In this document: positions 25,930 to 39,418 of the stretch, one piece after another
How positions within the stretch are numbered: the first letter of the stretch is position 1
Layout of the letters: every line of letters starts with the position of its first letter
DNA from: Camelus dromedarius
Taxonomy: Eukaryota
NCBI RefSeq assembly: GCF_036321535.1
Contig: NC_087472.1
Coordinates: forward strand, 93,870,001 to 93,934,000
Direction: 5' to 3'
DNA length: 64,000 nt
Position numbers and translations under genes: made by a program
Notes under the pieces: generated by a model
What the model saw: the letters and a program-made list of their open reading frames with translations, nothing else
Database searches by the model: none
Told to the model about the DNA's origin: nothing

Positions 25930-26899
25930 ACTTATATTTTAGGTACAAATCCATTATCTGATATATGATATCCAAATATTTTCTTCCATTCTGTAGATTG
26001 TCTTTTCGTGTTCTTTATAATGTCCTTTGATGTTTTAAATTTTTATGAGGTCTGATTTATCTGGTTTTTTGTTTTGATAATTTTGCTTTTGCTATCATAT
26101 TTACAAACCATTGCCAAATCCAAGGTTACAGAGATTTACCCATATGCTTTCTTCTTTAAGTTTTATAGTTTTGAACTTTACATTTAGGTCATTGCTTTAT
26201 TTTTAAATCATTTTAATTTGGTTGTAATTAAATCATTTTAATAAGGTTGTAACTTTATTCCTTTATGTGTTGCTATCCAGTTTTCCTAGCAACATACGTT
26301 GAAAAGGCTATTCTTTCTCCATTGAGTGATCTTGGCATTTTTACTGGAAAATATAGTTATTTTTAGTAAACAAAATTTACTTATGTTAACATCTAGTAAA
26401 TTTATTGTTGCTTTTTTTTTATTTAGTAAATACACAATTTCTCAGTTTTAATTTTTATATCAATAATAATAGATAAACCCCACATAAACAAAATAACCTT
26501 GTAGATATCTTGTAATTTTGAGTATAAAGAGGTGTTGAAAACAAAGTAGTTAAGAACTGCTGGTTTGGATTATAGCAGAGACAGCAGAGTTCTGGAACTA
26601 ACAGTTGTAGCAATGGTTTTCAGATTATGGCAGAAATGATGTGGTTTGAGAACTGACAGACATCTGGAGTTATAGATTCCGTATTTGATAGGCAGCTTCC
26701 TAATTCTGGATGCCTGATCTTGGCAGGTTCACAAGCCTCCTTTATGGTCCATTTCTGTTCATTGCTTTGAGGTTATGTTTTTCAGCCTGGCCTATTATTC
26801 AGTAATACCTCTAATACTGTGTAATTAATCTGTGTAAAAATAGCTTGAGTGAGTTCTATTCTCTGGCAGAGAACTAGAAACACATCACACTAACAGAGC

Positions 26900-28600
26900 T
26901 GATTTTAATATGAACCAAATGCAAATCCTAAAAACAAAACTGGAAGAAACTTGGAGAGACAAAAACAAAAATAAAAAACAAAAAAATAGAGGGTGAGGGT
27001 AAGATAGGCGGAATACAGTAACAATGTCTGACATTATTTTAATTGGAGTTCCAGAAGTAGAAAAATAAATATTAGTCCAAAAGAAATATTTGAAGAGACA
27101 ATAGTAAACAATTTAAAAATTGATAAATTCCTACAAAGTCCGAGTATGATAGATACATAGAAAGGAGTATTGATTAGACAGAAAATGTTCATTTAATAGC
27201 AACAGTGGAAACTTGAACACAGTGGAATAATATAGTCAAAATCCCCCATGTTCTTGAAAATACATGGCCACATAAATATACACATATATATAAATTTTAG
27301 GCATTCAAATAGGTGTTTGGGTGTTTAGAAATATCCCATTATGTTTTCAGTTTGTATTTTCCCAAAGAATGGTGCTTAGAAACTTTATACACTTATCAAC
27401 TTTTTGGACCTCTTTTGAAGTGCCTTTTCAAGTCTTTTTCCATTTTTAAAATAAAGTTTTCTTTCATTTACTTATTGATTTGACAAAGAATTGCAGAATA
27501 CACAATCTTCTCAAGCATGCGTTGAAAACTTATAAAAGGTGGCCATGTACTGAATTAGGAATCAAATCTCAGGAATCTCAAGGAAAGGAAAACAGAGTTT
27601 CTTTTATTGGTATATAGCTGTCTTAGAAATCAATATACAAAAATAAGTAATCTCCACCATGTTTGAAATAAATTCAATTTAAAATTACCTATAAGTCAAA
27701 AACAAAATTACAGTGGATATTAGATAGTATTTCAATGATAATGAATTATACTGATAATGAAGATGATAGTGAAATTATAAAAATGCAGCATTGCTAAGAA
27801 CACTAAACCCCGAAAGAGAAGATAGGAAGTAGTATATAATAAGAGATAATCAAACTGAAATTGGTTGACTATCTCAGAGAGTTAATCAGAAAAATGAAGT
27901 AAAAGACGTAATAACCGTAAGCTGTAAAGATGGGAGCATCTTTATAAACTCAGTAGACATCAAAAGAGATAATGAAATGATACTATGAACAACTCTGTCT
28001 TAGTCCATTTGGACTGCTATAACAGAATGCCATAGACTGGTGGCTTATAAAGAACAGAAATGTGTTTCTTTTAGTTCTAGAGGCTGGGAAGTTTAAGGTC
28101 AAGGTGCTGGGAGATTAAGTCTGGTGAGGTCCTGCTTTCTGGCCAATAAATGGCATCTTTTTGCTCTGTCCTCACGTGGTGGAAGGGGATGGTGGTGAGG
28201 GAACTGTCTGGCTGCTTATTATTAGGACACTAATCCGATTTATGAGGATTCCTCCCTCATGACCTAAGCTTTCTAAGACCCCACCTCCTAATATCATCAC
28301 ACTGGGGACCAGGTTTCAGCATATGAATTTGGGGAAGACAAACTCTATGCCAATAAACTGGGAAATTTAGAAGAAATTGTTAAATTATTTTTAAAAATCT
28401 AAACTGGTTGAATAGTTATAAAACTATTAAATAAATTGAATCAACTTTTAAAATGATTTCACGAGAAAACTTTAATCCCAGTTGGCTTCATTAGAGGATT
28501 ATAACAAACATATGAGGAAAAAAAGTAAAACCAATTTACACAAACCATTCCAGGAAACAGAAGGAATTGAAACAATGTCCACTGTTGTGAGAAATAATAT
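26900..28600 (+). mobile_element. Ancient fragmented L1 (ORF1/ORF2 remnants)
   Basis: 'taattggagttccagaag', 'aaagaaatatttgaagagacaatag', 'tactatgaacaactc|tatgccaataaa...ttagaagaaat'. Confidence 0.65.
27996..28340 (-). mobile_element. MaLR solo LTR (MLT1A/MST-like)
   Basis: 'tgtcttagtccatttggactgctataacagaatgccatagactgg'; 5-bp TSD aactc at 27991-27995 and 28341-28345. Confidence 0.9.
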
Positions 28601-31058
28601 TTTTCTGGAAGCAGAGGACATTCTCTCTTCTCCTTCTCACAGCTCATCCAAAGGGGCTGGGTTTAACTTCATTTTTCTTGAAGTATTGCTTCACTGTCAG
28701 CCTTTTCTATAATATGGCTTTGAAAATATTCTCCATTACCTTGTAACAGACCACAGAGAAATTCTGGACACATTAAAGAAATGAGAAAATGTGAAACTCT
28801 ATTTTTTTCTTATCCTTTATTTGTTACAGCCTGATTTTTTTTTTTAATTTGAATTTTCTTTTGAGGACTTTTGTGCTACAGCCCTAAAAGCTGTACACCC
28901 ATTTTGTAATGTCAGGGCAACACAGATACACTGAAATATAACTTCGATTTACTTTCCATTTCCTAGTCAAATTCAGTCAACAAAATATTGAGCCCACTAA
29001 TAAGTAGAAAATTTCCCTAAGTCATTTTTGCTTTGGATATTCTTATATAAGAGCTAGGAAAAATAAAATGACCAAATAATTAAGAAATGTATCACCAGGA
29101 TTCCCATTGTAAGAGCTGGTGGAACTGTTACGTTCTGTTTTTAATCCATTGCAGTTTAAAGAGTAAAATTTAATAATCAACATAAAATTGTTTTCACAGT
29201 TATCTAAGGAAATTGTTATTGCTAATAAGGGACTAGCATGAAAAGAATTGGTTGCTGTTTGCCAGTGTAACCAATGATAAAATTGTGAACTCTTCAAGTA
29301 TCTGCTCTTACTAATCCCATAGGTTCTGGCAATGAAATCTTTATAATGATGAACAGTCATTGTTAATGCAAATAAAGATTATACAGTAGCTTCAACAAAG
29401 GAACTATTTATATAATAGAAAGATTAACTTTAATCTAATCAGTGAACACCAGGGGTGAAGGTGGAGTGAGAGGGGTGGAGGATGTTTTATGAAAATATAT
29501 TATTTGACTTCTTAGGTTCCAGATAGTGTTCTGAAGTTTTGGGTTGTGTAGCCCTCAATGGATGAAAGCAAAAAAACTAATAAGGAATAGGAAACTAACT
29601 CTATTTCTATTAAAGTTAGACCTGAAAATAGTATACAAGTATGTACTTTAAAAATTATACATAATTAATCAGTTTGGGTAAATGGTTTAATTTTGAAATT
29701 CATGTCATAATTGGAAGACTAGAATCACTTTCGGAAGCCTCTATACAGAGTTATTCTAGTATGTGGAATAGTGTAAAATTAGGAAAACAGGATATTTCAC
29801 TGACTGTCCACCATAGACAGTGTAAAGCAATTCTCGCTCTAAGGGCTTGGACAAATGATATTGAATCAGCTGCAAATTCAATCATTTGTGATTTAATTAA
29901 CTAGCTTAATTTTCTTAGTCTATTAATACGAGTACCTGTTCTTCAGAATTAAGGTTCAACTGTAGCTTATTCTGAAATAATAGTTTTGACATATTGTGTC
30001 AGAACACCACAGTTTTCCTTTATTTTTAGTTTTAGATTCTGGTATAGATTAATATAAGCAAATTTTATAGAAGGGGAAATCATATGTAGAATCAAACTGT
30101 GCAGTAGAGTTATTAATTGTGTGTTTCCAACCATTCAATATTACTTGTTTTTATTAAACTGTGTCATTAAATAGCTGATGACTTTGCCAGATTTTTAAGG
30201 TTATTTTGAACTGTATTGAATACACCCAAAGTGACAAAGATTCAAATTAAGAGTCATAATATGCTTAATTTACAATTAAGAATCCATTTTATTGCTAAAG
30301 TCCTTGAGCAGACAGAACTAATTGAAATTGCAGAGTGAGAAAGTGACTTTAAGATTGAAATCCATAGAGAGGTTACTATAACATGGTAGGTACTTAATAA
30401 ATATCTATTGTGCAAGTCAATTGCACAAAGTAAAACACTATAGTTATATCATTGATTATGCCCGATAAAAATTATTTTTCATGTGGTAAATAATTAAAAT
30501 AACTCATAGCTGCCAAATATCTATCCATAAATATGTATAACTTAATATTTAAAATTGACATAGTTAAGAATCAATGTCCTATTTTCAGATTAAAATATCC
30601 TTCTTTGAAAAATTACTAATCTTTTATACTTTCCCTAAGTAATTGGCTATAAAAGAGATTTAAAATGTAAATCTTAACTTGACATTCAAGGCCATATAAG
30701 AACACACACCATGACCTCAGACTGAAAAGTTCGTAAGGCTTTTGAAGAATGAAATATATACCTAAAGTGTAATTTGCTGAAGTTATAAGGTATTAAAGCT
30801 AGAAGGTTGCTTGTCTAAGCATTCATTCCAGGCTGAAGAGTGGGCTGGCAATGGGTCAGCTTTTGGCCATTCAAGTGAGACTTCAATCCTATTACAAGTT
30901 CACTTATAGATCTCAGCTCTGGGATGTATCCAAAAGCACAATTCATAAACTAGAATAACTCTAGGTAAAAATAACCTGTCATGTCCCTGAGTCTGATCCT
31001 GAAACCTGCTCAGAAAAACAATCCCAAAAATCTTTGTATGAGCCTAAATAAAGGTTTC

Positions 31059-31160
31059 TTTTTTTTTTAAGTTGAGGTATAGTCAGTTTACAATGTTGTG
31101 TCAGTATCTGGTGTACAATGTAATAGTTCAGTCATACACACACATACATATATTCATTTT
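31059..31160 (-). mobile_element. Very short young L1 3' tail
   Basis: T-run then 'gttgaggtatagtcagtttacaatgttgtgtcag', same tail as the 571-1637 element. Confidence 0.8.
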
Positions 31161-33323
31161 GTATCTTACACCATCCTACTGTGGGATAATTTCCCTGTTA
31201 TTTTTCCAGGATGCATCTCTACATTTCTTATTGAAAGAAATGGGCCTTGATTAATATCATGCTTAGATTTATGATGATTTTTCTATTATAAAATCCAGAT
31301 CCATATAGCTTCTTCTGTTTTTGATCCATTTGGATGACTTTTGAGTGAAAATTTCTGGGAACTGAGGTAAAATAAAGCCTTTGATTTAACCACTTCATAA
31401 GTGAAATTATGGTTATAGCAGGAGGTGGGAGTTCTTCTAAAGATAATGGTGCTTATTTGAATAAAATTTATTTTGTTCTAGATATTCTCCTAGATGCTGA
31501 TTTTAGTATTCTTTCAATTAAAAAACATTTTATTTGAAATACATTATGTACCAGGCATTCTTACATTCTTGCAGGGTTAGAGATTACAGTGGAGAGTGAA
31601 GTAAATTCAACTGCTGCCTTAACAGAGAAAAGGTTTAGTGGCAGAAGACAAAATTTTTTAAAAAAATCAATATTTAAGAAACATTATAGCAGAGAAGTAC
31701 AGATGTTCCAAGAGTACCTAACAAGGGCACTCAACTCAGTCTGGAGGGGACAGGGAAGTCTTTTCAGAGGAAAGTAACATAGACACTGAACCTGAAATAT
31801 CAAGATAGCATTGCAGGCAGAGAAAAATCACATATTTGAAGAATAAAAGAAGAAAGAGAGAGCATGGTGCATTCAAGTGTTTATAAAAATTTTAATCACA
31901 TATAAAAATAGGAGATTCATTTTATGAAAAGTAAAGGAAATTACATTGTATTTATTTTTCATATTTGTATACTGTGTGATGAACCCTGTTTATCTCCTAG
32001 TGGTGGATTGCTACAGTTTACTGTATGCTATTTGCTAATAGACTAGAAAATATGCTCTCACATTTGTATTAATAGATAAAATAATGATCACTTTAATGAT
32101 ACAAAATATATATATATATATACACACATACGCACATGTAGCTATATTAATCAAGTTAAAATCTCCAAATTAAACAACTAGAATTTTTTTTTGCCCCTTT
32201 GTTCATATTTTTCTTTAGCAAAATGAATGATTTTTCTTTTATCATCAAAATACATGGCTAAAATCTTTCAATAAAAGTAATTTTATATTATTATAATTCA
32301 TATCTGCAGATACTTTTAGTTAGTTTTGTTCCCCCCAGAGGTTATTAAGAAAACTTGGAAGATAGCTTAAAAGAAATCTTGGAGTACAGATGTTCCAGAA
32401 GTTTATAAAATATGTGTGTCTCATTTCTTACTTACAATAAATATCCTAGCTAAGTTCAAAGCAGTGTGCAATCAAGCAGATGGCTTTAACTCTCCCCTTC
32501 CCTCACCCCCTTTTTTTTTCCTTTTTCAAGTGTGTACTCGTCCCTCCATTATATATGGTAACATTACATGAAAAATACTAAAATGTGACTGAGGATTTTT
32601 CAGATCATAAAAATAAAGTAGATGCATCAAGGCAATGGAGTGTGAAATAGTATAGCTAAGCAACAAGATAAATAACATAGTGTCTTTTATTAGTACATAC
32701 ACAGGGTTTTCTGATTATTCTTTCATATAGAAAGCTAAGACCTTTCTCAAACAGAATAAATTTCCACTGCAATAGTGGTTTGTATATTGATACTTTATGC
32801 AAGACCCAAATTACATAATTCCTTTATCTAGTCAATAATATATGCAGTGTTTATATAGAAACTATTATATCATGTGTCCTTAGCACATTATATGATTTAA
32901 AAATATTTTTTAAAGAAAATGGTGTATACATCAGTCAAAACCTTTTCAGAAGACTACAGTGATTTTAATAAAAAGATTTTTTCCCAGGCCTTTGCTTACT
33001 TGCTTATTTATTGTGACAAGAGATGGTTCAAAAAAAAGAGATGGTTCTACCAGCTGTCAGAGTTCTCACACCATCTTCTCCCAACATGAGGCGATGGTCA
33101 TTTTTTTCTTGTAAAGGAGAGACAACTATGGTTCCATTGCCTTGGCAGGTGAAAATTGATGTGATAGGATTTTTTTCTATGGTTATGGTGGTATATGTAC
33201 ATGTAATATTTTTCCATTGTGTTCTGTAATTTCAAGTTGTCATTCTTCTGACAAATAGGATTAAATGAATGAAAATGAAAAAAATGAAATGATTGTCTCT
33301 TAATTATTTGATCTAAGCATAAT

Positions 33324-33946
33324 GTATTTTTAAATGTACATTTTTTATTGAAGTGTAGTCAGTTTACAATGTTGTGTCAATGTCTGGTATACAGCATCAT
33401 GTTTCAGTTGTACATATACATATATTTCTTTTCATAGTCTTTTTCATTATAGGTTACTACAAAATATTGAACACAGTTCCCTGTGCTATACAGTATAAAC
33501 TTGTTGTTTATGTATCTTATATATAGTAGTTAGTATGTAAATCTTGAACTCCCAATTTATCCCTTTCCATCCCCTTCCCCCTGGTAATCATAAATTTGTT
33601 TTCTGTGTCTGTGAGTCTGTTTGTGTTTTGTAAGTAAGTTCATTTGTGTCTTTTTTCAGATTCCACATATAAGTAATATCATATGGTATTTTTCTTTCTC
33701 TTTCTGGCTTACTTCACTTAGAATGATGATCTCCAGTTCCATCCATGTTGCTGCAAATGACATTATTTTATTTTATTTTTTATAGCTGAGTAGTATTCCA
33801 TTGTATATATATACACCACATCTTCTTTATCCAGTCATCTGTCAATGGACATTTAGGTTGTTTCCATGTCCTGGCTATTGTAAATAGTGCTGCTGTGAAC
33901 ATTGGGGTGCATGTGTCTTTTCAAATGAAAGTTCCCTCCAGATATA
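33324..33946 (-). mobile_element. Young 5'-truncated L1 (camelid-type 3' UTR)
   Basis: Closely similar to 590-1185; TSD tgatctaagcataat (33309-33323) / tgatctgagcataat (33947-33961). Confidence 0.92.
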
Positions 33947-35899
33947 TGATCTGAGCATAATACATCTTAATAATTGTGTAAGTGACTTTAAAAAGTTATT
34001 TTAATTTAAAATATTTAAGGAAATTTTGGATCAATACTCAAGGAGCATCCCCTTTTCCATTCACATCTCTAATAAAAATGTATTGTCTGTGAGTCAGTGA
34101 ATGAAAGGTTCAGGTTTCTAAGGCACAGACTTTCAGTCAAAAGTGTTGTTTTATTTTCTAATTAAGTGAATTTTACATGACAATCAGATATTACCAGCCC
34201 TGGTTTCCAGCCTTCTTAACCATTGCGCTATTTCAATGATCCTAGCAAAGCTTCAAGACATATATTGCCATATGACTCCCCTCTGCCTGTCTTATTTTAC
34301 ACCCCAAAATGGTTAACAATAATGACATCTAACATTATCTTTTATTCTTTCTCATTTTGGATACTGATCAGGAAGTTTCTACTTGTCACCAAAAAGATAT
34401 TTCAAAGGAACAAGCTAGAAGAGTTTCTGATGCTACACCATTGAATACAGAGAAATAGCCCATGCTGTATTGCATTTCTTTGTTATAGCTTCCATAGATT
34501 ATCCTGTACACTGGTATGGCTTAACCCTGCTCTCTAAGTAAATAAGCTGGCAAGTGTTCATATTCACAGGAAATTTTGTATTCACAGAGCCAGTGGGAAA
34601 GAAAGGCCCTATTCCATTTTCAAAATCTCGGGTCCATGTCAAAGAATGTATTTTTAAAGATTTTCCTTAGTAATGTGGTCAATAACATTACTCATCGTGG
34701 TGACAGACAATGAGAGTTTATCCATTCTTCTTGTTATTCAGAAGATACTTATCATTTACATATATTTAAAAACTCAATTTTTTAAAGACTGAAGTTAAAG
34801 GCTCTGCCCTCTGTGAGCTCTGGATATAGTGTTGTTGTGACCTAATTTTTTTTTAAATCGTTATTTTACCCGTAATGAGGCTTGTGCTTGCATATAGATC
34901 TACAAACTTTAGTTTTGGCTATTTTGGGGGATCAGTATTTGGATCATAATTTGGGCTTTATTATTCATTCATTGGAAAGCTAAAATGATCAGAGTCTTCC
35001 TGTGTGTGCTGTACTATAGGAATATAGAAAAGAAAAATTTGTCACTAGATTTCACAAATGTTCATAAAATAAAGAAGCATTAAAAATTATATATTAAATA
35101 CATATATGTATATATACACATGGAAATATGCATACATGTGTGTATATAGTAAATCATCCTGTGATAAAAACGTGTAACAGTGGGTTAGACATCCACTGAT
35201 TTAGCCATTGAAACAGGAGTTTAAGGAAAGGTGTGAGGAACAGATAAAATTTCAGTTAGAATGTGTAGCAATTATCCAGCTGGAAAATATGATTGAAGGA
35301 ATTCTGATTAAGGATCAGTTTTTGTAGAGGTGTATAAAGCCAGAGAACTTTAATATATTACAAAATGTCTAGATAGAAGAGTGTTTTGGTCACGTGGTGG
35401 AAGATAAGGATGCATATGTAAGGGGCAGATTATGATAGACCTTCTGTGACAAACCAAGAGATTTCTTCTGAAGGATTTTGAGAGAGAGAGAAAACTACTT
35501 TTTATTATGATGTGGATGATGATTGGTGACTGGCAAAACTGGTGACAGGGGGCAGTTAGGAAAAGCATTATTACTATAACTCAGGAAAGTTATAAGGGCT
35601 TAAATAAGGTGATACCACGGTGTCAATAGCTCTAACTATGAGATTCAAGGCATAGAGGCATACATTTGTCTTTCTTTTCCCACTTTCTCTCTTGTGCTTC
35701 TTGGTTTCAACTTCCAAATAAACTACTTGCAACTGAGTCCTTGTCTCAGAATCTGCTTTTGAGAAAACGCACAGGATCTGTCTTGTTATTCTTCATATCT
35801 CAAACATCCTCTCTGGCCAAAAACCAACTGATGATCTTGTTTCAGTTTCACAGTGAAAAGTAAAGTTATTGGGATAATACCGCCAGCGCAACACATACA

Positions 35900-36600
35900 T
35901 GACTCTACCATCTTTTTAAACCATGTGCTCTGTCTTTTTTCCATTACAAGGGATGCAGTCTCCGTTCTCCCATCTGGCATCAGCTCCTCCATTTAACCAC
36001 TGGAACTCATTTTCTATCGTCTAGTTAAGGACTTTGCTCTTGCAATTATCTTTTGCTCTTTATGCACTGCTGTTTAGCAGTCTGTATATTCTCATTACTA
36101 TTAACACGTCTGTGATATTTCTCATCTAGTGGAAAAAAGGAAAACCTTTGCATCCTCTTCAGCTATGCATCCCTTTTCTCCATCCCTCTTTAGAGAAAAC
36201 TTCGCTGGAGTGTCCTCTGTGCCTGCTCTCTTTATTTCCTCACTTCCATGCACTCTAGAACACACTCCTATCAGACTTGGATTCCCACTCTGCCACTGAA
36301 GTCATTTTGATTAAAGTCACCCAATGACTTCTACATTCACAAAGTCAAAGGAGAATTTTAAAGTCTCATCCCATTCAAACCTTTAATAGCATCTGATATT
36401 TAATCATTGTTTTTCTTCGTAACACTTCATAATTCATTTGTAATTTTATTAGTATATATTTATTAGATTTATGTTCTCCCACTAGAAGGTAAGCCCCCAA
36501 AGGGGAAGGACTATGTGTTTTTTTAGTTTGATATTTAATCCCCAGTGCTTAGGACAGAGCCTGGTACCATTACTGAATCAGTTGCAAAACAAATGAGTGA
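35900..36600. mobile_element. L2 LINE remnant
   Basis: 'cccactctgccactgaagtc...aaagtcacccaatgacttctacatt' and L2 3' end 'ccactagaaggtaagcccc...ccccagtgcttaggacagagcctgg'. Confidence 0.75.
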
Positions 36601-36749
36601 ACCTGTACAATGTGAATGGTAGAGCAAAAGCTACAAGAATGCTAACTTTGTTTACTTCATGACATTGAAGAAAAAGCCACCTGTTATTTCAGATATTAAA
36701 ATCAGATGTGGGAACATGATGCTTTTCTATTTTGATTCTATCATGATTT

Positions 36750-36832
36750 TATTTTATCTTATTTTTTAATTGAAGTATAGTCAGTCTACAGTATTGTGTT
36801 AATTTCTGGTGTACAGCATGTTTCAGTCATAC
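36750..36832 (-). mobile_element. Very short young L1 3' tail
   Basis: 'ttttttaattgaagtatagtcagtctacagtattgtgttaatttctggtgtacagc'. Confidence 0.8.
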
Positions 36833-38289
36833 TCCCTAATCTGTAAGCAAACTGAATTTCCTTAAATATTCAACAAAACATAAGATACTTTTCAGAGTGG
36901 GAAATTCTAATAAGAAAAGCCATTTTAAAGGGCTTTTAAGTAAAGATTTGATGGTCCTGATGTGAGAGACATTAGTGTGACTGCTAATGTATCTTAATAG
37001 AAAATTTAAACATGATAAAGGGGGGCCCATACTACTAAAGTCACTTTATCATTATCATCATCATCATCATCATTTTAGGTTGATGAAGATGGAAAGAATA
37101 ACCTGTATTACAGGCCAACATACAGTAAAGCCCAATCACAATAGACCAATTAATAACATTTCTACAAAGAAAGAAAGTGAATCGTATGTTTATTTTTAAA
37201 AATGTATTTTGATTTACTGTTTGAATTGCTTTAGTGGCTGACTGATTTCTACATGATTCAAGGAGTAGCGGCATGGATTCATTTGCCTGTCTTCCAAAAT
37301 ATCTATTCAACAAGTATGCATTTTTTAAAAGTTAGCAAAAAGAGTAGAGTGTTGACTTATATGGAATGCTCATACTTTGAAATCAACAGGCATTTGGAAG
37401 TCTGCCAAAGTTTCTAGCTATGATTTGAAGAAAACCAAGAAGCAAGAAAGCAAATTCATTTCTTATCAAGTCTTGACAAAATTTGTCTCCTAATTTTCAT
37501 TTTTCTCAATCAGCTGCTAAAGGCACTCATTTTCATCTCCTTGATTAGATGCTATAGTGACTGATTACTGGATTTAATAGTTCCTTTTAATGGTAGAACA
37601 TTGTCATTGCTTTTCTGTGATTACCTTAAAATACCGTGTATCACCCATTAGTTTTTTTCTATTTCTTTCCCAAATTTTTAGTTCACTTATTTATTTCCAG
37701 TTTCTCCTGTATATATTCCAGCTCCCACCTCTAAGCCCCTCCTTTCTGCCAAACCATTCAGGTTGCCTAAGGTAATCTCGTGTTCAGCATTCCCTTACCA
37801 TTTACTTAAGCTTATGTTAAATCCAGTTTGGGCCATAAAACCTTCCAGTAACTTATAGGATAATAAGATACCTGCCTTTTTTAAAGCAACTCGCAAGCTT
37901 TACTACTCTTCAGTGTCTTTTTAATTTAAAAATGATGAAAAGAAATTGTTATTTCTCCCTGATACGGAGAAATTTTTTTTCCTATTCTCAGTAATAATAG
38001 CTCACCTTTCTAATGCTATTAGTGGGTTCTATAAAGTTTTGTAAAGTAGATAGGATTGGTATCATTTCCTTTTTCAGGAGAAGAAAATGCAGGCCTTAAG
38101 TTGAATAGAAGAAAGTCCTTTTTCTTACTAATAGCACAGTCTTTCCACTAGATCATATTAGTAATCAAAATAACTATGTTATAATTTTCTTTGAATTATT
38201 GAAACTATTATTACTTGATGTTTCCTGAGACTATGCAGTATATACGATGCTGAAGGACTATTTTCTTTTTTCAAACTGGCATAAACATT

Positions 38290-38590
38290 TCCATTGTATC
38301 AAAAACAACAAAATACCTAGAAGTAAACTTAACCAAGGAGGTTACCTATACTCTGAAAATTGTAAAACGTTGATGAAGGAAATCGAAGATGATACAAAGA
38401 AATAGAAAGATATCTTGTGCTCTTGGATTGGAAGAATCAACATTATCAAAATGGCCACACTACCCAAAGCAACCTACAGGTCCAATGCAACCCCTGTCAA
38501 AATACTTATGACATTTTTCACAGAACTAGAACAAACAATTCCAAAATTTATATGGAACCGTAGAAGACCTCGAACTGCCAAAGCAATCTT
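38290..38590 (+). mobile_element. L1 ORF2 internal fragment
   Basis: ORF 38415 reads [47 protein letters not shown], a classic L1 ORF2 segment. Confidence 0.92.
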
Positions 38591-38855
38591 TTGTAGGTCT
38601 CTCTCTCTCTCTCTTTTTTTTTTTTTTTCTCTTTCTTCTTTTTGTTCTCTTTTATTATGGTTTGATGACTAGAGAAGTTGTAAAGGTGGTTTGGTGGTGC
38701 TGAATTCTTTTAGCTTTTGTTTATCTGTGAAGCTTTTGATTTCTCCATCAAATCTGAATGAGAGCCTTGTTGGATAGAGAATTCTTGGCTGTAAGTTTTT
38801 CCCTTACATCACTTTAAATATATCATGCCACTCCCTTCTGGCCTGTAGAGTTTCT
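38591..38855 (-). mobile_element. L1 ORF1/inter-ORF fragment in opposite orientation
   Basis: 'gtgctgaattcttttagcttttgtttatctgtgaagcttttgatttctccatcaaatctgaatgagagcc...ccactcccttctggcctgtagagtttct' is antisense L1 ORF1. Confidence 0.8.
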
Positions 38856-39299
38856 TTTATGATATATTGTCATAGTTTTTATTCTTAGACATCATTGTTT
38901 AAAAATATTCTAACTTAAATAATGCTAACATTCACATGTTGATGACATTTTCTTTCTAATTATAAAAATTACATCTTGAATAAATTTGAGGCTTATTAAG
39001 AATTTAATATTCCATGGGTTTGCAGTCTGCAGTTAAAATTCAGGTTTCTAATATCTGTACCTCATTTCTGAATTGAACTCTTTCACTGATATTTGTGAAG
39101 TCAGTATCATTGTATAGAAAATGCAAACTTAAAGCACATTTAGCTGTTATAATGAAACTCTACATAGTCTGTAGTATACATTTTTTACAATGACTTATGA
39201 GGCTTAAGAGTCATTTACAGATTGTCCTGCTTCTCGTCAAATTTGATTCTCATAGCAATGCTGATTGGTGGGTAAGCAAATATTATCAAAGTTTGAAAC

Positions 39300-39418
39300 A
39301 TGAAGTGACTGAGGTTCTGAAAGGTTGGGTAACTTGCCTAATGTTACAGAGCAGGCATGAAAATATAAAAAATAAAAACCAAATTTCTGACCCATAGGCC
39401 CAATGCTCTTTCTATCAT
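39300..39418. mobile_element. MIR SINE remnant
   Basis: 'actgaggttctgaaaggttgggtaacttgcctaatgttacagagc...tctgaccc...gcccaatgctctttc'. Confidence 0.75.

Larger units (their letters stand above)
23700..26345 (-). mobile_element. L1MB-type 3' portion hosting nested insertions
   Basis: Antisense L1 3' UTR/ORF2 from 23700 to ~24590, resuming at ~25930; ORF 23991-24218(-) is L1 ORF2-like (KKWYIHTM...AIKRNEVLIHATTWIN). Confidence 0.88.

Noticed and set aside
36987..37199. Poly-His ORF
   Set aside because: Arises from a short (CAT)n microsatellite; no other coding support.
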